A stretch of DNA of 64,000 nucleotides from an uncultured virus (IMG/VR IMGVR_UViG_3300003690_000004) (taxonomy: Duplodnaviria; Heunggongvirae; Uroviricota; Caudoviricetes), in IMG/VR virus record IMGVR_UViG_3300003690_000004. The stretch is one strand, 5' to 3'. The notes beneath the pieces were generated by a model, which made no database searches, was not told the DNA's origin, and was given only the letters and a program-made list of their open reading frames with translations. Shown here one piece after another: positions 41,901 through 49,758 of this stretch. Every line of letters starts with the position of its first letter. Position 1 is the stretch's first letter. Made by a program: the position numbers and the translations under genes.

Positions 41901-43568
41901 GTGAGTATTGATTGGGACGAGAATTACTTTTGGTACGGCTCAAATAGCGTCAATTACGCAGTCCAATTAGTTCATGTTCCCGCCAAGTGTCCTGTCGTGA
42001 GTGATACATCGGGCGAGGAATTGAGGGTAGGGATATGGTTGAAGACAGGACAGACAGGGACCGACATAGACAACGCAGAATTCACCATTGGATTCCTTGA
42101 CTATTCGTACATCACTACTTCATCCGCTAAAGGGGGAGGGGCACCCACCCTTGATGTTGATAGCCTAGAAGGGTTTGCGACTAAGTATGTGAAGGACAGT
42201 GGATTCTATGAAATTGATGTGCCCGCCTCCTATTCATCCACCCTAAATTCGGCAGGTGCCACCTTCGTTATCTCTTTCAACGCAGAATATTGCAGGGCGT
42301 TATTGCGTCATAGATGTGGGAACCCGGCTGGTGCCTCTATTCTCCTTAACGCTCACGATATTTCCGGTGGGTCCATCATTGGGAGTTACAATACGGACAG
42401 CATCTTTCCTTTGGGAATCCGAGTCTATGAAGAAATGTCTTCCTATGCAGACGATAGGACAGAATGGTATGCCCCAAGAGTCTATGTGACCGATGACTAT
42501 TCTTACATCCCGGGAACCTATGTGAAATACACAGACGCGGGACTCAATCTCTCAAATGAAACTATGGTAATTCAGCAGGTGGATTGGTCGGTGAATGATA
42601 GGACAACCGAAAATGTAACACTGAAAATGGAGCGCGACGAATCGTTAGGAGCAGGGGGCATCATTTCCTATCTCTTTCCGACTATCAGTGTTGGAAGACA
42701 AGGACCGACAATCTACGGAGGGGCGAGTGGGGGAGGTTCTGCATCCAATATTCTTAACGGGTGGGAGGACAGTCAAGACCAGCAAATACCCTATCAACCG
42801 ACCTCTGCCTATGGCTTCGGTATCTTCGGTGAAGACCCATCACCACAAATACCGGAGGGTGGAAACAGTCAACCCGGACGACACGGGGGAGGGACAAACA
42901 TGAGTCCTTCTTTTACCAGCAACAGGATTTCGGGCTCCTTTATGAATCGGGTGAAAGAGAAAATGGCGCTCAATGATATGACTATCGAGGGGGGATTCAG
43001 CATTTTAGGACAGAAAAAGCCGAAACTATCTCCCTCTCTGATGCGTGGAGCCTCCGCATCTTCCAATGTGGATATTCGACCCTCCGGTGGGGCGGCGTTC
43101 TCTGCTGGGAACGGCTTGGTATTGCCCGTTGGTGGAACCACCGGGGAGGGCTTTACAGACACAAGCGCCGTGGTGTCTTCTCTCTCGGGCAGAATCACTA
43201 TGCCGAAGGATATTACCACCAGCGAAATATCCCTATCTTCCACCGTATCAATGACCGGCTCTGCTCATAGTGGGGCGGCTGTTATCCGAGTGAGGGCAAC
43301 CTGTCTGAACAACAACGAATCAGTCACGGGATTCTGCCCGATAAATGGCTCCCTCTCCCGTGCCTTAACCGAAATACTCCCCCTCAGTAATCTTGAGGGT
43401 GTGGAAACCCCCGGGAACATTATTCAGATTGATATTTTCAGAGAGGCTGGCTTTGGTGGGGACACCTCTCCAAACGCCATCGTCATTAGTGATGTATCAG
43501 TCAATCTCCGACGCGGTGCCGTAGCGGCCCCCGCACCATCCGATAGTTTCAAGCCTCAGACTTCGTAG
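35943..43568 (+). CDS. Giant tail-tip/baseplate hub-like protein
   Basis: 2541 aa, directly after tape measure; beta-rich; hub-like segments LLIKAEDLMSLLD and GRMEYRPK...ITHVRVYY. Confidence 0.7.
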   Translation: MVRTVESKYGFWLAGYYDDFSGARSIPSDTNEPSATDAFVHTKSHYGNPMNGEATLSPRYRWSYVERAKANNYDSTLTGTGDVTQRLSNTGSFNWLGCDVIRQSPSNWEGKAQLQYPDGHIGNKYRYNNAAGASYLLLVNGHDTLGRYIIPLGENDATFGRTLNKNYTVTNYENKNAGGKDVTQAGDFIQRAHLAGVWLGEMTEFDHKDGGTIESPRVVFQPVRSPSGKPILCIQSFHNDPTAHGTKSAVIYDGSINSVKDGDIFTVRFAIRSFNGRASSDNGKVPPIIKLSVGYDSTPTGNLDNGLTGTPEIVWSMNFDTGNGLKGTTYDYYGALYDNSTSASSYTKYDAWIDLDFVIDYTTGKFKVYHDGTEITTTNDSAGTYSTGYSMAGGPGVVAEDMYGWDMQAYPVTDMEYGHRYDYASMTLMMDRAALYRPLTDHPAGDDLPQVSDMRMKSPVNGFSNITLGLTDDPSLTGDKIGENVSDYTTQLTTLFSDNSIRDWLLLMFTNPTGGYRETTNRIDRPTWKGVCTRMNIIQNLRSRKLLIKAEDLMSLLDRQVPLWEIGQKGLNTSESNTPYWLFDAQGFNTLMYTGASPLLNLKPTVGFDIDDDYLERIDQRTQLNAGNPIQMYNNENSEYGPNSIEKQYEGVGIIGFGQEDTTIDSVTAIYSYVDLRGNPGFTTSSVVSILNSETAGGVAVSANNIVDKSPVQVTTLSNGNQRLHFAIADLPFTPDSASTIAYAGKYTNLRLVFSDFSGREGGDIITGITSDNLHYFYGRSFNNLRLVHPNINDPTDESHYTFWFDGDPGLFPGDSFTVPAESTADGDSYPTIAGTHTCISIEKVLNYHEGFGRYDYEDDTPYMSGGDPLYYWIVTTDTPYHINAESTLGPQSQGGSVAEGSFEISVIDSSNFRSGSYFGEIWVQTASINGTPIIYKELDDDLGGTQNLSGVLSYAELNDGLIPIPPNNTSFCHGLAQTISAYDLDDVVVKQGTEIGLYWDKDARYMEQWWVDHPPGIYSGLHGCNTALLKGDAQVYVSTARGQMIPIPTAADKNIGSKAVHARWMRDLPLSLWFRYHFGNIRKTPLVSYKLTSPQNIYSVDEVIEVNAGVYSALATVYSGLGEIVDANGSADTFIWRGRVSSGGSYYLIGCEYISKSHLGTAIENIYPKINILDLGPSYKHLWLLWSDMRNNGRADAAGGFRKEKFGLMYPTAENYDVGLWYTDQDENMDGIMDKFTDLKLGEDYEMWDIDATNDPSTDGAWSKPADYSLGALVTSVSDNGSGKMRLNGFDSTTNFTVESYAHIYNSVAINGMYEVTAINGAYLDIDTAYVADSGNTGGIHVAPAGGTEIDYIRTDSSVYRNWEDKGGSFLVIDSAKFFNLNTTINNGKSGQTAGGATDLEDYIATIAGDPVLIDAYWREAVASYFNVGPPYNAHPHESSLVTDYTILEDDVPRGRDYLLPTDISIFDTTGYARVTGIKEAEAGNTNPTLSEYFALWRGKNATERTGTLTARSYDASGVVTLHDTSATFETDGVKAGMYIKNDTNPISASALNVQGAEYYWRIRSVESETEITVNLMGYIFDGAILTMRQIAEANLYGDSWGLQSVKFIPTVYRLWEIADDYTIPIQLYGVFGTSTTNISGSASNTPVVNQRKLNRAMHSAGDRFQYFNGELLQGAYDTIQISNSISPSYILRLMMHLEGFTRNENSGTFFDSDKFRAIWNAGIMETWLPKTRLSCMFDINNIPNTRTMTTYNTTSTNDSYGSVFDTRTKTIWASIQGIQQASGIGTTNGYTTNFSYLMGRDGRMEYRPKYNSGHDLSRDNLIISDLKTDVTDRITHVRVYYRNGQAFVDYPDPDITDATRWKVIELDNIFSDEEALAIGKKEYNSLKNSRLSITADPIKDITTEDKMLSHGKFGYIADPQRAMQGYDDDTNQAKYWSILGTGGVLFPGMTNAMDGNMYTATTGADGNPDIYDRWGQSASIDSVSVSIDWDENYFWYGSNSVNYAVQLVHVPAKCPVVSDTSGEELRVGIWLKTGQTGTDIDNAEFTIGFLDYSYITTSSAKGGGAPTLDVDSLEGFATKYVKDSGFYEIDVPASYSSTLNSAGATFVISFNAEYCRALLRHRCGNPAGASILLNAHDISGGSIIGSYNTDSIFPLGIRVYEEMSSYADDRTEWYAPRVYVTDDYSYIPGTYVKYTDAGLNLSNETMVIQQVDWSVNDRTTENVTLKMERDESLGAGGIISYLFPTISVGRQGPTIYGGASGGGSASNILNGWEDSQDQQIPYQPTSAYGFGIFGEDPSPQIPEGGNSQPGRHGGGTNMSPSFTSNRISGSFMNRVKEKMALNDMTIEGGFSILGQKKPKLSPSLMRGASASSNVDIRPSGGAAFSAGNGLVLPVGGTTGEGFTDTSAVVSSLSGRITMPKDITTSEISLSSTVSMTGSAHSGAAVIRVRATCLNNNESVTGFCPINGSLSRALTEILPLSNLEGVETPGNIIQIDIFREAGFGGDTSPNAIVISDVSVNLRRGAVAAPAPSDSFKPQTS

Positions 43569-44248
43569 AGATTACGGAGTGCGAGAATTTCCCTTGCTCG
43601 CTTCCTCCCTATGCCATTAATCTCCATCAGAGATTTTTGCGTGGTTCTTTGAGCGAGAATCTTTGGGATGCTACCGAATTTCTCTAAGAGGGCTTTGGCA
43701 GTCTTTGGGCTTATTCCTTGAAGGCTGGAAAGGACAGCCACCCGTGGGTCCAATGCGCCCATCGGTATTATGCTCGCAGTTTTTTCACTCTCTTTAGCGG
43801 CTCCCACTATGTACATCTGCGTGTGATTTGTTACGAGCCAATCAACGAATTCATCCATTGATTTCACCTCCATGTACCGTATTTTCGGGAACCGGTGGTA
43901 AAAGGTGTGTTTGAAATGCCGGATAACAGACTCCATGCGTTCGCGCTCTCGTGCTATCGCTTGGGGGTCATGTCTTCCTCTGATGTATGGCTTGAGAACG
44001 GTCCCATACACTACCAGCATTGGATTAGCGAAACTCTCTTGAAGGTCAACCAATTGGGAAATGACGGTGCGCGTTCTGCCGAACCCCATGATGGAACGGT
44101 AAAGGTCGTTGATTTCTTTTGCCTCTACTCCACAATCTCCGATAATGTAATCGCCCACTGTTAATCGCTTGACCGTAGCGTTTTCATCGAGCCTTCTCTT
44201 GACCCGTTCGATGACTTTATTGTTCTCTCTGTCGTCAATGACGAGCAT
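43556..44248 (-). CDS. ERCC4/XPF (Hef-like) structure-specific nuclease with tandem HhH
   Basis: IDDRE, GDY, VEAKEINDL; HhH motifs LQGISPKTAKALL and INGIGRKRA. Confidence 0.9.
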   Translation of the reverse strand: MLVIDDRENNKVIERVKRRLDENATVKRLTVGDYIIGDCGVEAKEINDLYRSIMGFGRTRTVISQLVDLQESFANPMLVVYGTVLKPYIRGRHDPQAIARERERMESVIRHFKHTFYHRFPKIRYMEVKSMDEFVDWLVTNHTQMYIVGAAKESEKTASIIPMGALDPRVAVLSSLQGISPKTAKALLEKFGSIPKILAQRTTQKSLMEINGIGRKRAREILALRNLYEV

Positions 44249-44282
44249 AGAGAAGCCTTACTGAGAGGCTATTTGAAGCGTA

Positions 44283-44411
44283 TCATCCACAGAATCCGTC
44301 ACCACAACAGCCTGAAATCTTCTGCTGGCAGATAACGCAGGTAATGGACCCGTGCAGGTCCATGTACCCCTTGAGGCTTCCACAGAAGGGACAGGGTGAT
44401 GGCACCATCAA
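44283..44411 (-). CDS. Small Zn-ribbon protein
   Basis: CPFC...CVIC...CCG motif; start uncertain. Confidence 0.5.
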   Translation of the reverse strand: MMVPSPCPFCGSLKGYMDLHGSITCVICQQKISGCCGDGFCG

Positions 44412-45421
44412 TTCATACCCCCACAATACCAACAAGAGCCGTCGCAGTACCCTCTCGATATGTACCAATGGGGGGACGGAGCATGGTCATAATTATTGAC
44501 GATATGCCGGACTTGTTGAAAGGTTATCGCTGGAACATAATCACGCCAGCCAAGCGTCGATATGTACCCAGCAATTTGCTCAGTGATTTGGTCCCGATTC
44601 TCCCTGCTAACAGAATCGAGTGGAGAAAACAACCGGAGATGTTCAGAGAGATGTTGCACGAGAGCCACACGAATTTCGTGACGGGGGTTGCCCGCTTTCG
44701 CGGCCCGCTCAAGACAAGAAGGGAGAGGAACGCTTAGGGCCTCCCCGACTTGGAAGTCCTTAACCGGGGAAAAGACGCGCCGTTCCACGGCTGGGTTGTC
44801 TGCTATCCACCTCACAATGTTCAAGCCACCTCGGACATTTTCACCTCTGAATGGGTCACGGTACAGTAGAGTTTTGGAGGGTACTCGTGGAATTTCATAA
44901 CCCACAAAATCAGACATGAATGCTTCAACATCTATGTTCACAGCCCATCGTCCACGGGTCGGATTGAAGGTGTCGGGAATCCTTGTTAATTTCTGAGGGT
45001 GTCCTACGCCGTCGAGGGTTGGAAGGCCACGCGCCATCCTTCTCTGATAGCGGTCTATGTGCCTTGCTATTGCCAATCCCATGACTGCCTCGTTGAATAA
45101 TTCATGCACATGAAATCCTCTTCCCGTGGCTACGACTCTAATATCCCCACTTAGGCGAGAAATCAGTGTGTGAACATCACTTCGTACTGCATCCATTCCC
45201 TTATTTTCGGTGGTGTCGAAATCCCACCACGCACGGTCAATTACTACCGATGCCGGGTCCGTCTTCCATGACCTCTCGGGGTGCATTCTGTTAAAGCAGT
45301 AGAGAGAGGTATAACATGACGCCTTCCCATTGAGAGTGTGAATGTATGAGTCGAAATCTTCGCGGCTGTTACACAATTGACGACGCAAGCCTATTTCACG
45401 GGGGAAGCCAAGCAGAGTCAT
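44408..45421 (-). CDS. priS: Archaeo-eukaryotic primase, PriS catalytic domain fused to a PriL-like C-terminal domain (start ATG 45421)
   Basis: WWDFD (DxD), TGRGFHVH, RIPDTFN; C-terminal PSCL...HEIRVAL...CDGSCWYC. Confidence 0.85.
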   Translation of the reverse strand: MTLLGFPREIGLRRQLCNSREDFDSYIHTLNGKASCYTSLYCFNRMHPERSWKTDPASVVIDRAWWDFDTTENKGMDAVRSDVHTLISRLSGDIRVVATGRGFHVHELFNEAVMGLAIARHIDRYQRRMARGLPTLDGVGHPQKLTRIPDTFNPTRGRWAVNIDVEAFMSDFVGYEIPRVPSKTLLYRDPFRGENVRGGLNIVRWIADNPAVERRVFSPVKDFQVGEALSVPLPSCLERAAKAGNPRHEIRVALVQHLSEHLRLFSPLDSVSRENRDQITEQIAGYISTLGWRDYVPAITFQQVRHIVNNYDHAPSPHWYISRGYCDGSCWYCGGMN

Positions 45422-45600
45422 AGTATCACTCCACTTGCTTGTGTCCGCAGACCCTACACTTGGATATAGTAGTTTTGGTGGGTAAATTTTTAAGTTTAAT
45501 TTCTGAGGGCGCCATAGAGCCATCATCATCACATTCCGGACAGTTTGCCATAATATCACTCTATCTGTTGGTGTCCGCAGACCCTACACTTGGCTATAGT
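45419..45600. repeat. About 52-bp imperfect direct repeat, 130 bp period
   Basis: Core GTGTCCGCAGACCCTACACTTGG[A/C]TATAGT at 45441-45470 and 45571-45600; similarity extends to 45419 and 45549. Confidence 0.9.
45426..45551 (-). CDS. 41-aa Zn-ribbon microprotein (not in ORF track)
   Basis: MANCPECDDDGSMAPSEIKLKNLPTKTTISKCRVCGHKQVE. Confidence 0.6.
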   Translation of the reverse strand: MANCPECDDDGSMAPSEIKLKNLPTKTTISKCRVCGHKQVE

Positions 45601-45702
45601 AATTTCCTCATTGACGCCACCCTCTTGTCCCGTCACTCTTCTCATCCTCTCGTAATTGTACCAATCATCACATCCACACTCAGTACAAATCACCACTTTC
45701 AT
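45556..45702 (-). CDS. 48-aa Zn-ribbon microprotein (not in ORF track)
   Basis: MKVVICTECGCDDWYNYERMRRVTGQEGGVNEEITIAKCRVCGHQQIE; ATGA overlap with upstream gene. Confidence 0.65.
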   Translation of the reverse strand: MKVVICTECGCDDWYNYERMRRVTGQEGGVNEEITIAKCRVCGHQQIE

Positions 45703-46571
45703 TGAAACATCTCCGGTCCTAATCCTGTTAATTCGGCTTCACATGACGAGCAAAAATCACACCAAACGGGGCAGAAATACTCGTTCCAATTCATCACCCA
45801 CTCTTCGGAAATTAGTGAGGCGATAGTGGCTGATAAGACTTTCTCCAAAGCATTGATAGACCGCACCGATACTCGCTCTAATATTGCCAAACCCGAATCT
45901 TCTCCGAGCCAAACCTGCTTCCCCTTCTTGGTACCCTCTAACAACAATTTATCAGTGGTACCGGAAGAGTCAATCTCAAAATCAGGGGTGATGTACAGAA
46001 AGTGGGTAACTTCATCATATCCCAATTTCGATAGCATCCGTAGATAGAAAGCCAATTCCCTGCGAGTACGGCTCAGTTTTCCCATGTTCATGTTCCCCGT
46101 CTTCAATTCCACGAGTATTAATCCACCATCAGGATGACGCAAAATCCCGTCCATCATTCCAACCCACACTATTTCGACCGTAACATCTGAAAGAGGCAGG
46201 TATTCGTGAACCTCGTGTTTGACCTCAGATTCGACCACATTGAGCCCCCCGAAGTGGTCTGCGATTTGATGTATCAACGATAGTAGAGCGACAATAGAGG
46301 GGTCGGCCTCAACCCCCTCTTCCTTCGCAACCTCCATGATAACTTCGGGACCTCTCAACAAGCCTGCCGATTGTACTTCGTGAATGGCACTACCACGGAG
46401 CATAGCCTCTGAGGGAGGGGGACTTGGAATACCACTTACATATCTCCACCAAAATTGGCGGGGACACAGTAACATGGTCATAAACGAGGATTTGCTGACT
46501 CTCAAAATCCCTTCTCCCGGGATGTATGAGGATTTCGCTGACTGTTCTTCACTCGCTTTCATCAGTACCAC
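45699..46571 (-). CDS. Cas4-like PD-(D/E)XK exonuclease (solo, Fe-S type)
   Basis: SKSS...CPRQF, GSAIH, GMMD, VELKTG, ELAFY, C-terminal CPVWCDFCSSC. Confidence 0.85.
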   Translation of the reverse strand: MVLMKASEEQSAKSSYIPGEGILRVSKSSFMTMLLCPRQFWWRYVSGIPSPPPSEAMLRGSAIHEVQSAGLLRGPEVIMEVAKEEGVEADPSIVALLSLIHQIADHFGGLNVVESEVKHEVHEYLPLSDVTVEIVWVGMMDGILRHPDGGLILVELKTGNMNMGKLSRTRRELAFYLRMLSKLGYDEVTHFLYITPDFEIDSSGTTDKLLLEGTKKGKQVWLGEDSGLAILERVSVRSINALEKVLSATIASLISEEWVMNWNEYFCPVWCDFCSSCEAELTGLGPEMFQ

Positions 46572-46857
46572 CCTCAGTAGAGGGGGTGAACGAACGCGGC
46601 ATGGCCTTTCGCACTTTGTCCCAGCCTCCCATCTCGGCGATGTCTTCCGCTCCGATTAGATGCTTGGCAATTACTCTCCCCCGAAGGAGCCCGTGGTCCA
46701 TCCCTTCCTTCTCCCGAGAAAAGGAGGCATACCACCACACTTCGGAGGGGTCGTGAAGTCCCAAAGCGGCAGACAATACTCCGATATCATCATTCACGAC
46801 AAGCACACGCATACTCTTCTCTACCTCCTGTTGGTTAATCAATCTATTCCTCTTCAT
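46549..46857 (-). CDS. Hypothetical protein
   Basis: 102-aa ORF overlapping both neighbours in the operon. Confidence 0.5.
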   Translation of the reverse strand: MKRNRLINQQEVEKSMRVLVVNDDIGVLSAALGLHDPSEVWWYASFSREKEGMDHGLLRGRVIAKHLIGAEDIAEMGGWDKVRKAMPRSFTPSTEGGTDESE

Positions 46858-47158
46858 TACCGAAGTCCTCTATGGAAGACTGCCCTTCATCGAAGTCAAA
46901 ACCACACTCCGGACAGGTGTTTTTATGGGGGGGTAGATTTTTGAGTTTGGGGCGCAAGATAGAACCCTCATCGTCACATTCAGGACAGTTTAATTCGTCC
47001 ACCAAGTCAAGGTCCTGTAACAGAGAGAATAGTATGGTGTTGAGGCGGTTAATTTGGCTCATCAAGTTGCCTATCGCATTCATATTCTGTTGGCGAAAAT
47101 CCAGCATTTCAGCATACATCTGCCTAACGGCAGGGGGCTCTTCAAAGGGGTCCACCAT
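46844..47158 (-). CDS. Coiled-coil plus Zn-ribbon protein with C-terminal PIP-like motif
   Basis: CPEC...CPEC; QSSIEDFG; GGTTATAA box upstream. Confidence 0.6.
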   Translation of the reverse strand: MVDPFEEPPAVRQMYAEMLDFRQQNMNAIGNLMSQINRLNTILFSLLQDLDLVDELNCPECDDEGSILRPKLKNLPPHKNTCPECGFDFDEGQSSIEDFGNEEE

Positions 47159-47192
47159 ATTATATCCCCTGTGCGCCTGCTTATAACCCTGC

Positions 47193-49397
47193 CTACAACC
47201 AAAATGAGCCACTAACGCCGTTCAAAGCATTCTCGATTGGTTGGAGGGACCACCCCATCATCTCGTAATAGGGAGCGATTTTTTTCACTATAAACCGCTC
47301 TGCAAGGATGCGATATCCAATGGTCTGAATCCCGCGAATCTCAGAGGGTTTATCAAAGGCGATGTACTTCCCGTTGTCGTTGATAGTCGAGAGGAAGTAG
47401 GACCCCTTTCGATATCCTTTCCCGAGATTTTCGTTGGCCCACGCCGCCCCCGCGTTCGGGCCGGAGAGGACCTTGTACTTGTCGAGGTCCCGCTTCAAGT
47501 GTCCCTTGATGCACAGGTCTTCGGCGTCTATGTCGCCATTAACGACAGACTCTACCAAGAGAGATATTTCCTCAGTCACCTCTTCCTCGTCATCTCCCCT
47601 TAACACAGATTCAATCACCTTCTTCATCACGCTCTTCATCACCTCGGGCATTCGACTCTGTTTCAATTCTATGCCCTTGATGTAGATATGAGGTTCGGGC
47701 CACACCACGGAGGCGGCATAGCGGTTCTTCTCTTTCAACAGCAGACGCTCACACCACTTCTCAAACCGAACCTCAATTGGAGCAAGACGCTCATTGATTT
47801 TCTTCACGAGAGCCTGCCCTTCTTCGGGTGAACCAATCCGACAGAAACATGAATCAGTATGCCCGTAGATAACCTCGCACCCCTCGGACTCTGATATCTC
47901 CTTCAATAAATTCAGAGTTTGTCTGCTTGTGTAGGTGATGGCGGCGGCTACTGCGGGATGATACAGGGAATACTTGGAATCTCCCGCTACACCGTACATA
48001 GAAGCCACCAGCGATTTACAGGCGTACTGCAAGGTGTCCCACCTATCCCTGTTTTCAGCGTCCGTTCTCATCTTCTCCTTGTAGTAGTCACGAAGAGAGG
48101 TCATTCGGTCCATCTGTCTAACGAGAAGACCCCTTTCATTTTGAGAAAAACAGGTTCCGTTTCCACAGTCCTTGCCGTTGGGGTCGAGCGTAGTCCAGCA
48201 AATGTTATGACGCGCGGCGTTACTATGATACATCGCCTTGATATCAAGAATTCCGATTCCATCATGTACACCCACGATGGGGTCCATTACTTCGGCCCCG
48301 TTGTACTCCACCTTATCGAATTGTGCTTTGGTTGGAATTTGGCGGTCGAAATGCTTATCACGCATACAGAGAATGCTGAATAATTTTGTTACAAATGGGG
48401 TGGCTCGGAAGTCGCATTGAACGAGGTGTTGTATCGCCAAGAGGTAATCAATCGCATTCACGAGAGCATCAAGACGGGGAAGAAGGTGCGTGTCCTGCAA
48501 ACAGTAATCAAGATAGAGAGGGAAGTCCGTGTAGTATGTATCGTGACCGTCCTTCAATTCAACCTTACTATCTCCCAAGCAGTGCTTCGACACATCACCG
48601 AGGCCATATCCGGCTAATTTTCCGTTCTTCAATTCCCACAGTTTAGAGAAGGCGAGCATGAGGTCAATGCAAAGGCGCCCGACTATTGGTTGGGCCCAAT
48701 CTCCATACTCATAGCGCAGGCGACGCATGGGGGAAAGATGAGTAGCGTTGAGGCCATTGACCGTGCATCTTTCAATGATGGTTTTCACATCAGCCTGTGT
48801 AACATACCAACCGGTGATTATATCAGGGTCCTGCTCCTTCATCTCGGTGATGAAGGAAATCAGCATCTCCTTCTCAGTATCGAAAAATCGGACTGATTGG
48901 CCCTTGATGGTGTGCGTTCCCGCCTTGTAGTCCTTATGCACAGCCCACAGATAGTCTTCTTCTGTGTAATTATCGTGGACCGAAATTATCCGCATAGAAT
49001 TGGTGTCGGGGTGCCACTCGCAATCTATGTACCAAATACGGTGGTCATAATTTCTGATAATGCGTCCTGTGTCCTTGAACCTGTCGCACAAGACCCTATT
49101 CACGAAGGGGATATTCGCCTCCCAAGTTTGGCCCGCCTTAGCGATTTGACCCACATGGTACGGTTGACTCGTGATGACCTTTGTTAATCGCTCCCCGTAT
49201 AATCCGGTATAACCACGCTCAGTCTTCAAGACCCCGTAGTCCTGCTTGTAACCGTACCCATCAAAGAGGGTTTCGCCCTCCGTTTCTTGTACGAAGCAGT
49301 AAGGAAAATAACTGCTGATTGATAGCATTTGGCGCTCGCGGTTATCGTCGCGGTATCTCACCATAACTTGTCGGCCACGGCCGCGCTCAACAATCAT
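47193..49397 (-). CDS. polB: Family B DNA polymerase
   Basis: Exonuclease motifs DCE and YCLQD; polymerase motifs DIKAMYHS, KSLVASMYG, YGHTDS, KNRY, KGIE; 734 aa, no intein. Confidence 0.93.
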   Translation of the reverse strand: MIVERGRGRQVMVRYRDDNRERQMLSISSYFPYCFVQETEGETLFDGYGYKQDYGVLKTERGYTGLYGERLTKVITSQPYHVGQIAKAGQTWEANIPFVNRVLCDRFKDTGRIIRNYDHRIWYIDCEWHPDTNSMRIISVHDNYTEEDYLWAVHKDYKAGTHTIKGQSVRFFDTEKEMLISFITEMKEQDPDIITGWYVTQADVKTIIERCTVNGLNATHLSPMRRLRYEYGDWAQPIVGRLCIDLMLAFSKLWELKNGKLAGYGLGDVSKHCLGDSKVELKDGHDTYYTDFPLYLDYCLQDTHLLPRLDALVNAIDYLLAIQHLVQCDFRATPFVTKLFSILCMRDKHFDRQIPTKAQFDKVEYNGAEVMDPIVGVHDGIGILDIKAMYHSNAARHNICWTTLDPNGKDCGNGTCFSQNERGLLVRQMDRMTSLRDYYKEKMRTDAENRDRWDTLQYACKSLVASMYGVAGDSKYSLYHPAVAAAITYTSRQTLNLLKEISESEGCEVIYGHTDSCFCRIGSPEEGQALVKKINERLAPIEVRFEKWCERLLLKEKNRYAASVVWPEPHIYIKGIELKQSRMPEVMKSVMKKVIESVLRGDDEEEVTEEISLLVESVVNGDIDAEDLCIKGHLKRDLDKYKVLSGPNAGAAWANENLGKGYRKGSYFLSTINDNGKYIAFDKPSEIRGIQTIGYRILAERFIVKKIAPYYEMMGWSLQPIENALNGVSGSFWL

Positions 49398-49401
49398 GCT
49401 C

Positions 49402-49758
49402 TCACGACTTGCCGAATCGGCTCGCCTTGCTGAATCGCCCGCGTGGTCGAGTCGGTATGTCGTGCTTTCGTAGCCAATTGTGAATGCTCATGGCGCTAAC
49501 GCCGTTCTCATCCCCTATGTCTTGGCAGGAGCGGTGGTTCCCGATGTATTCCGTCACCAAGTAGTCCTTCTTTCGATAGGGAGGGGTTGGAGGCTTCAAT
49601 CGAATGAGAACATCACAGAGAATGGTGCCTCCATCCTCACTTCTCCACGAGAAGCGGGATTTACCGAAGCGTGGGACTTCTAAATCCAATTTCCAACCCC
49701 CGGAAGTCGCATGGATGTCGGGGTCCATCGAAATGTGCTTCGTCCGACTATCACGCAT
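49402..49758 (-). CDS. HTH DNA-binding protein
   Basis: YRKKDYL...SCQDIGDENGVSAMSIHNWLRKHDIPTR. Confidence 0.7.
   Translation of the reverse strand: MRDSRTKHISMDPDIHATSGGWKLDLEVPRFGKSRFSWRSEDGGTILCDVLIRLKPPTPPYRKKDYLVTEYIGNHRSCQDIGDENGVSAMSIHNWLRKHDIPTRPRGRFSKASRFGKS

Noticed and set aside
45422..45559. N-terminal extension of the primase as given in the ORF track
   Set aside because: The segment is better explained by the 41-aa micro-ORF in another frame; primase likely starts at ATG 45421
45419..45600. Mini-CRISPR array next to a Cas4-like gene
   Set aside because: Only two copies, about 100 bp between the cores, not palindromic, and each copy encodes the C-terminus of a Zn-ribbon micro-ORF; better explained as gene duplication
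45699..46571. CRISPR-Cas system
   Set aside because: Solo Cas4-like nuclease in a replication operon; no cas1, cas2, effector genes or array
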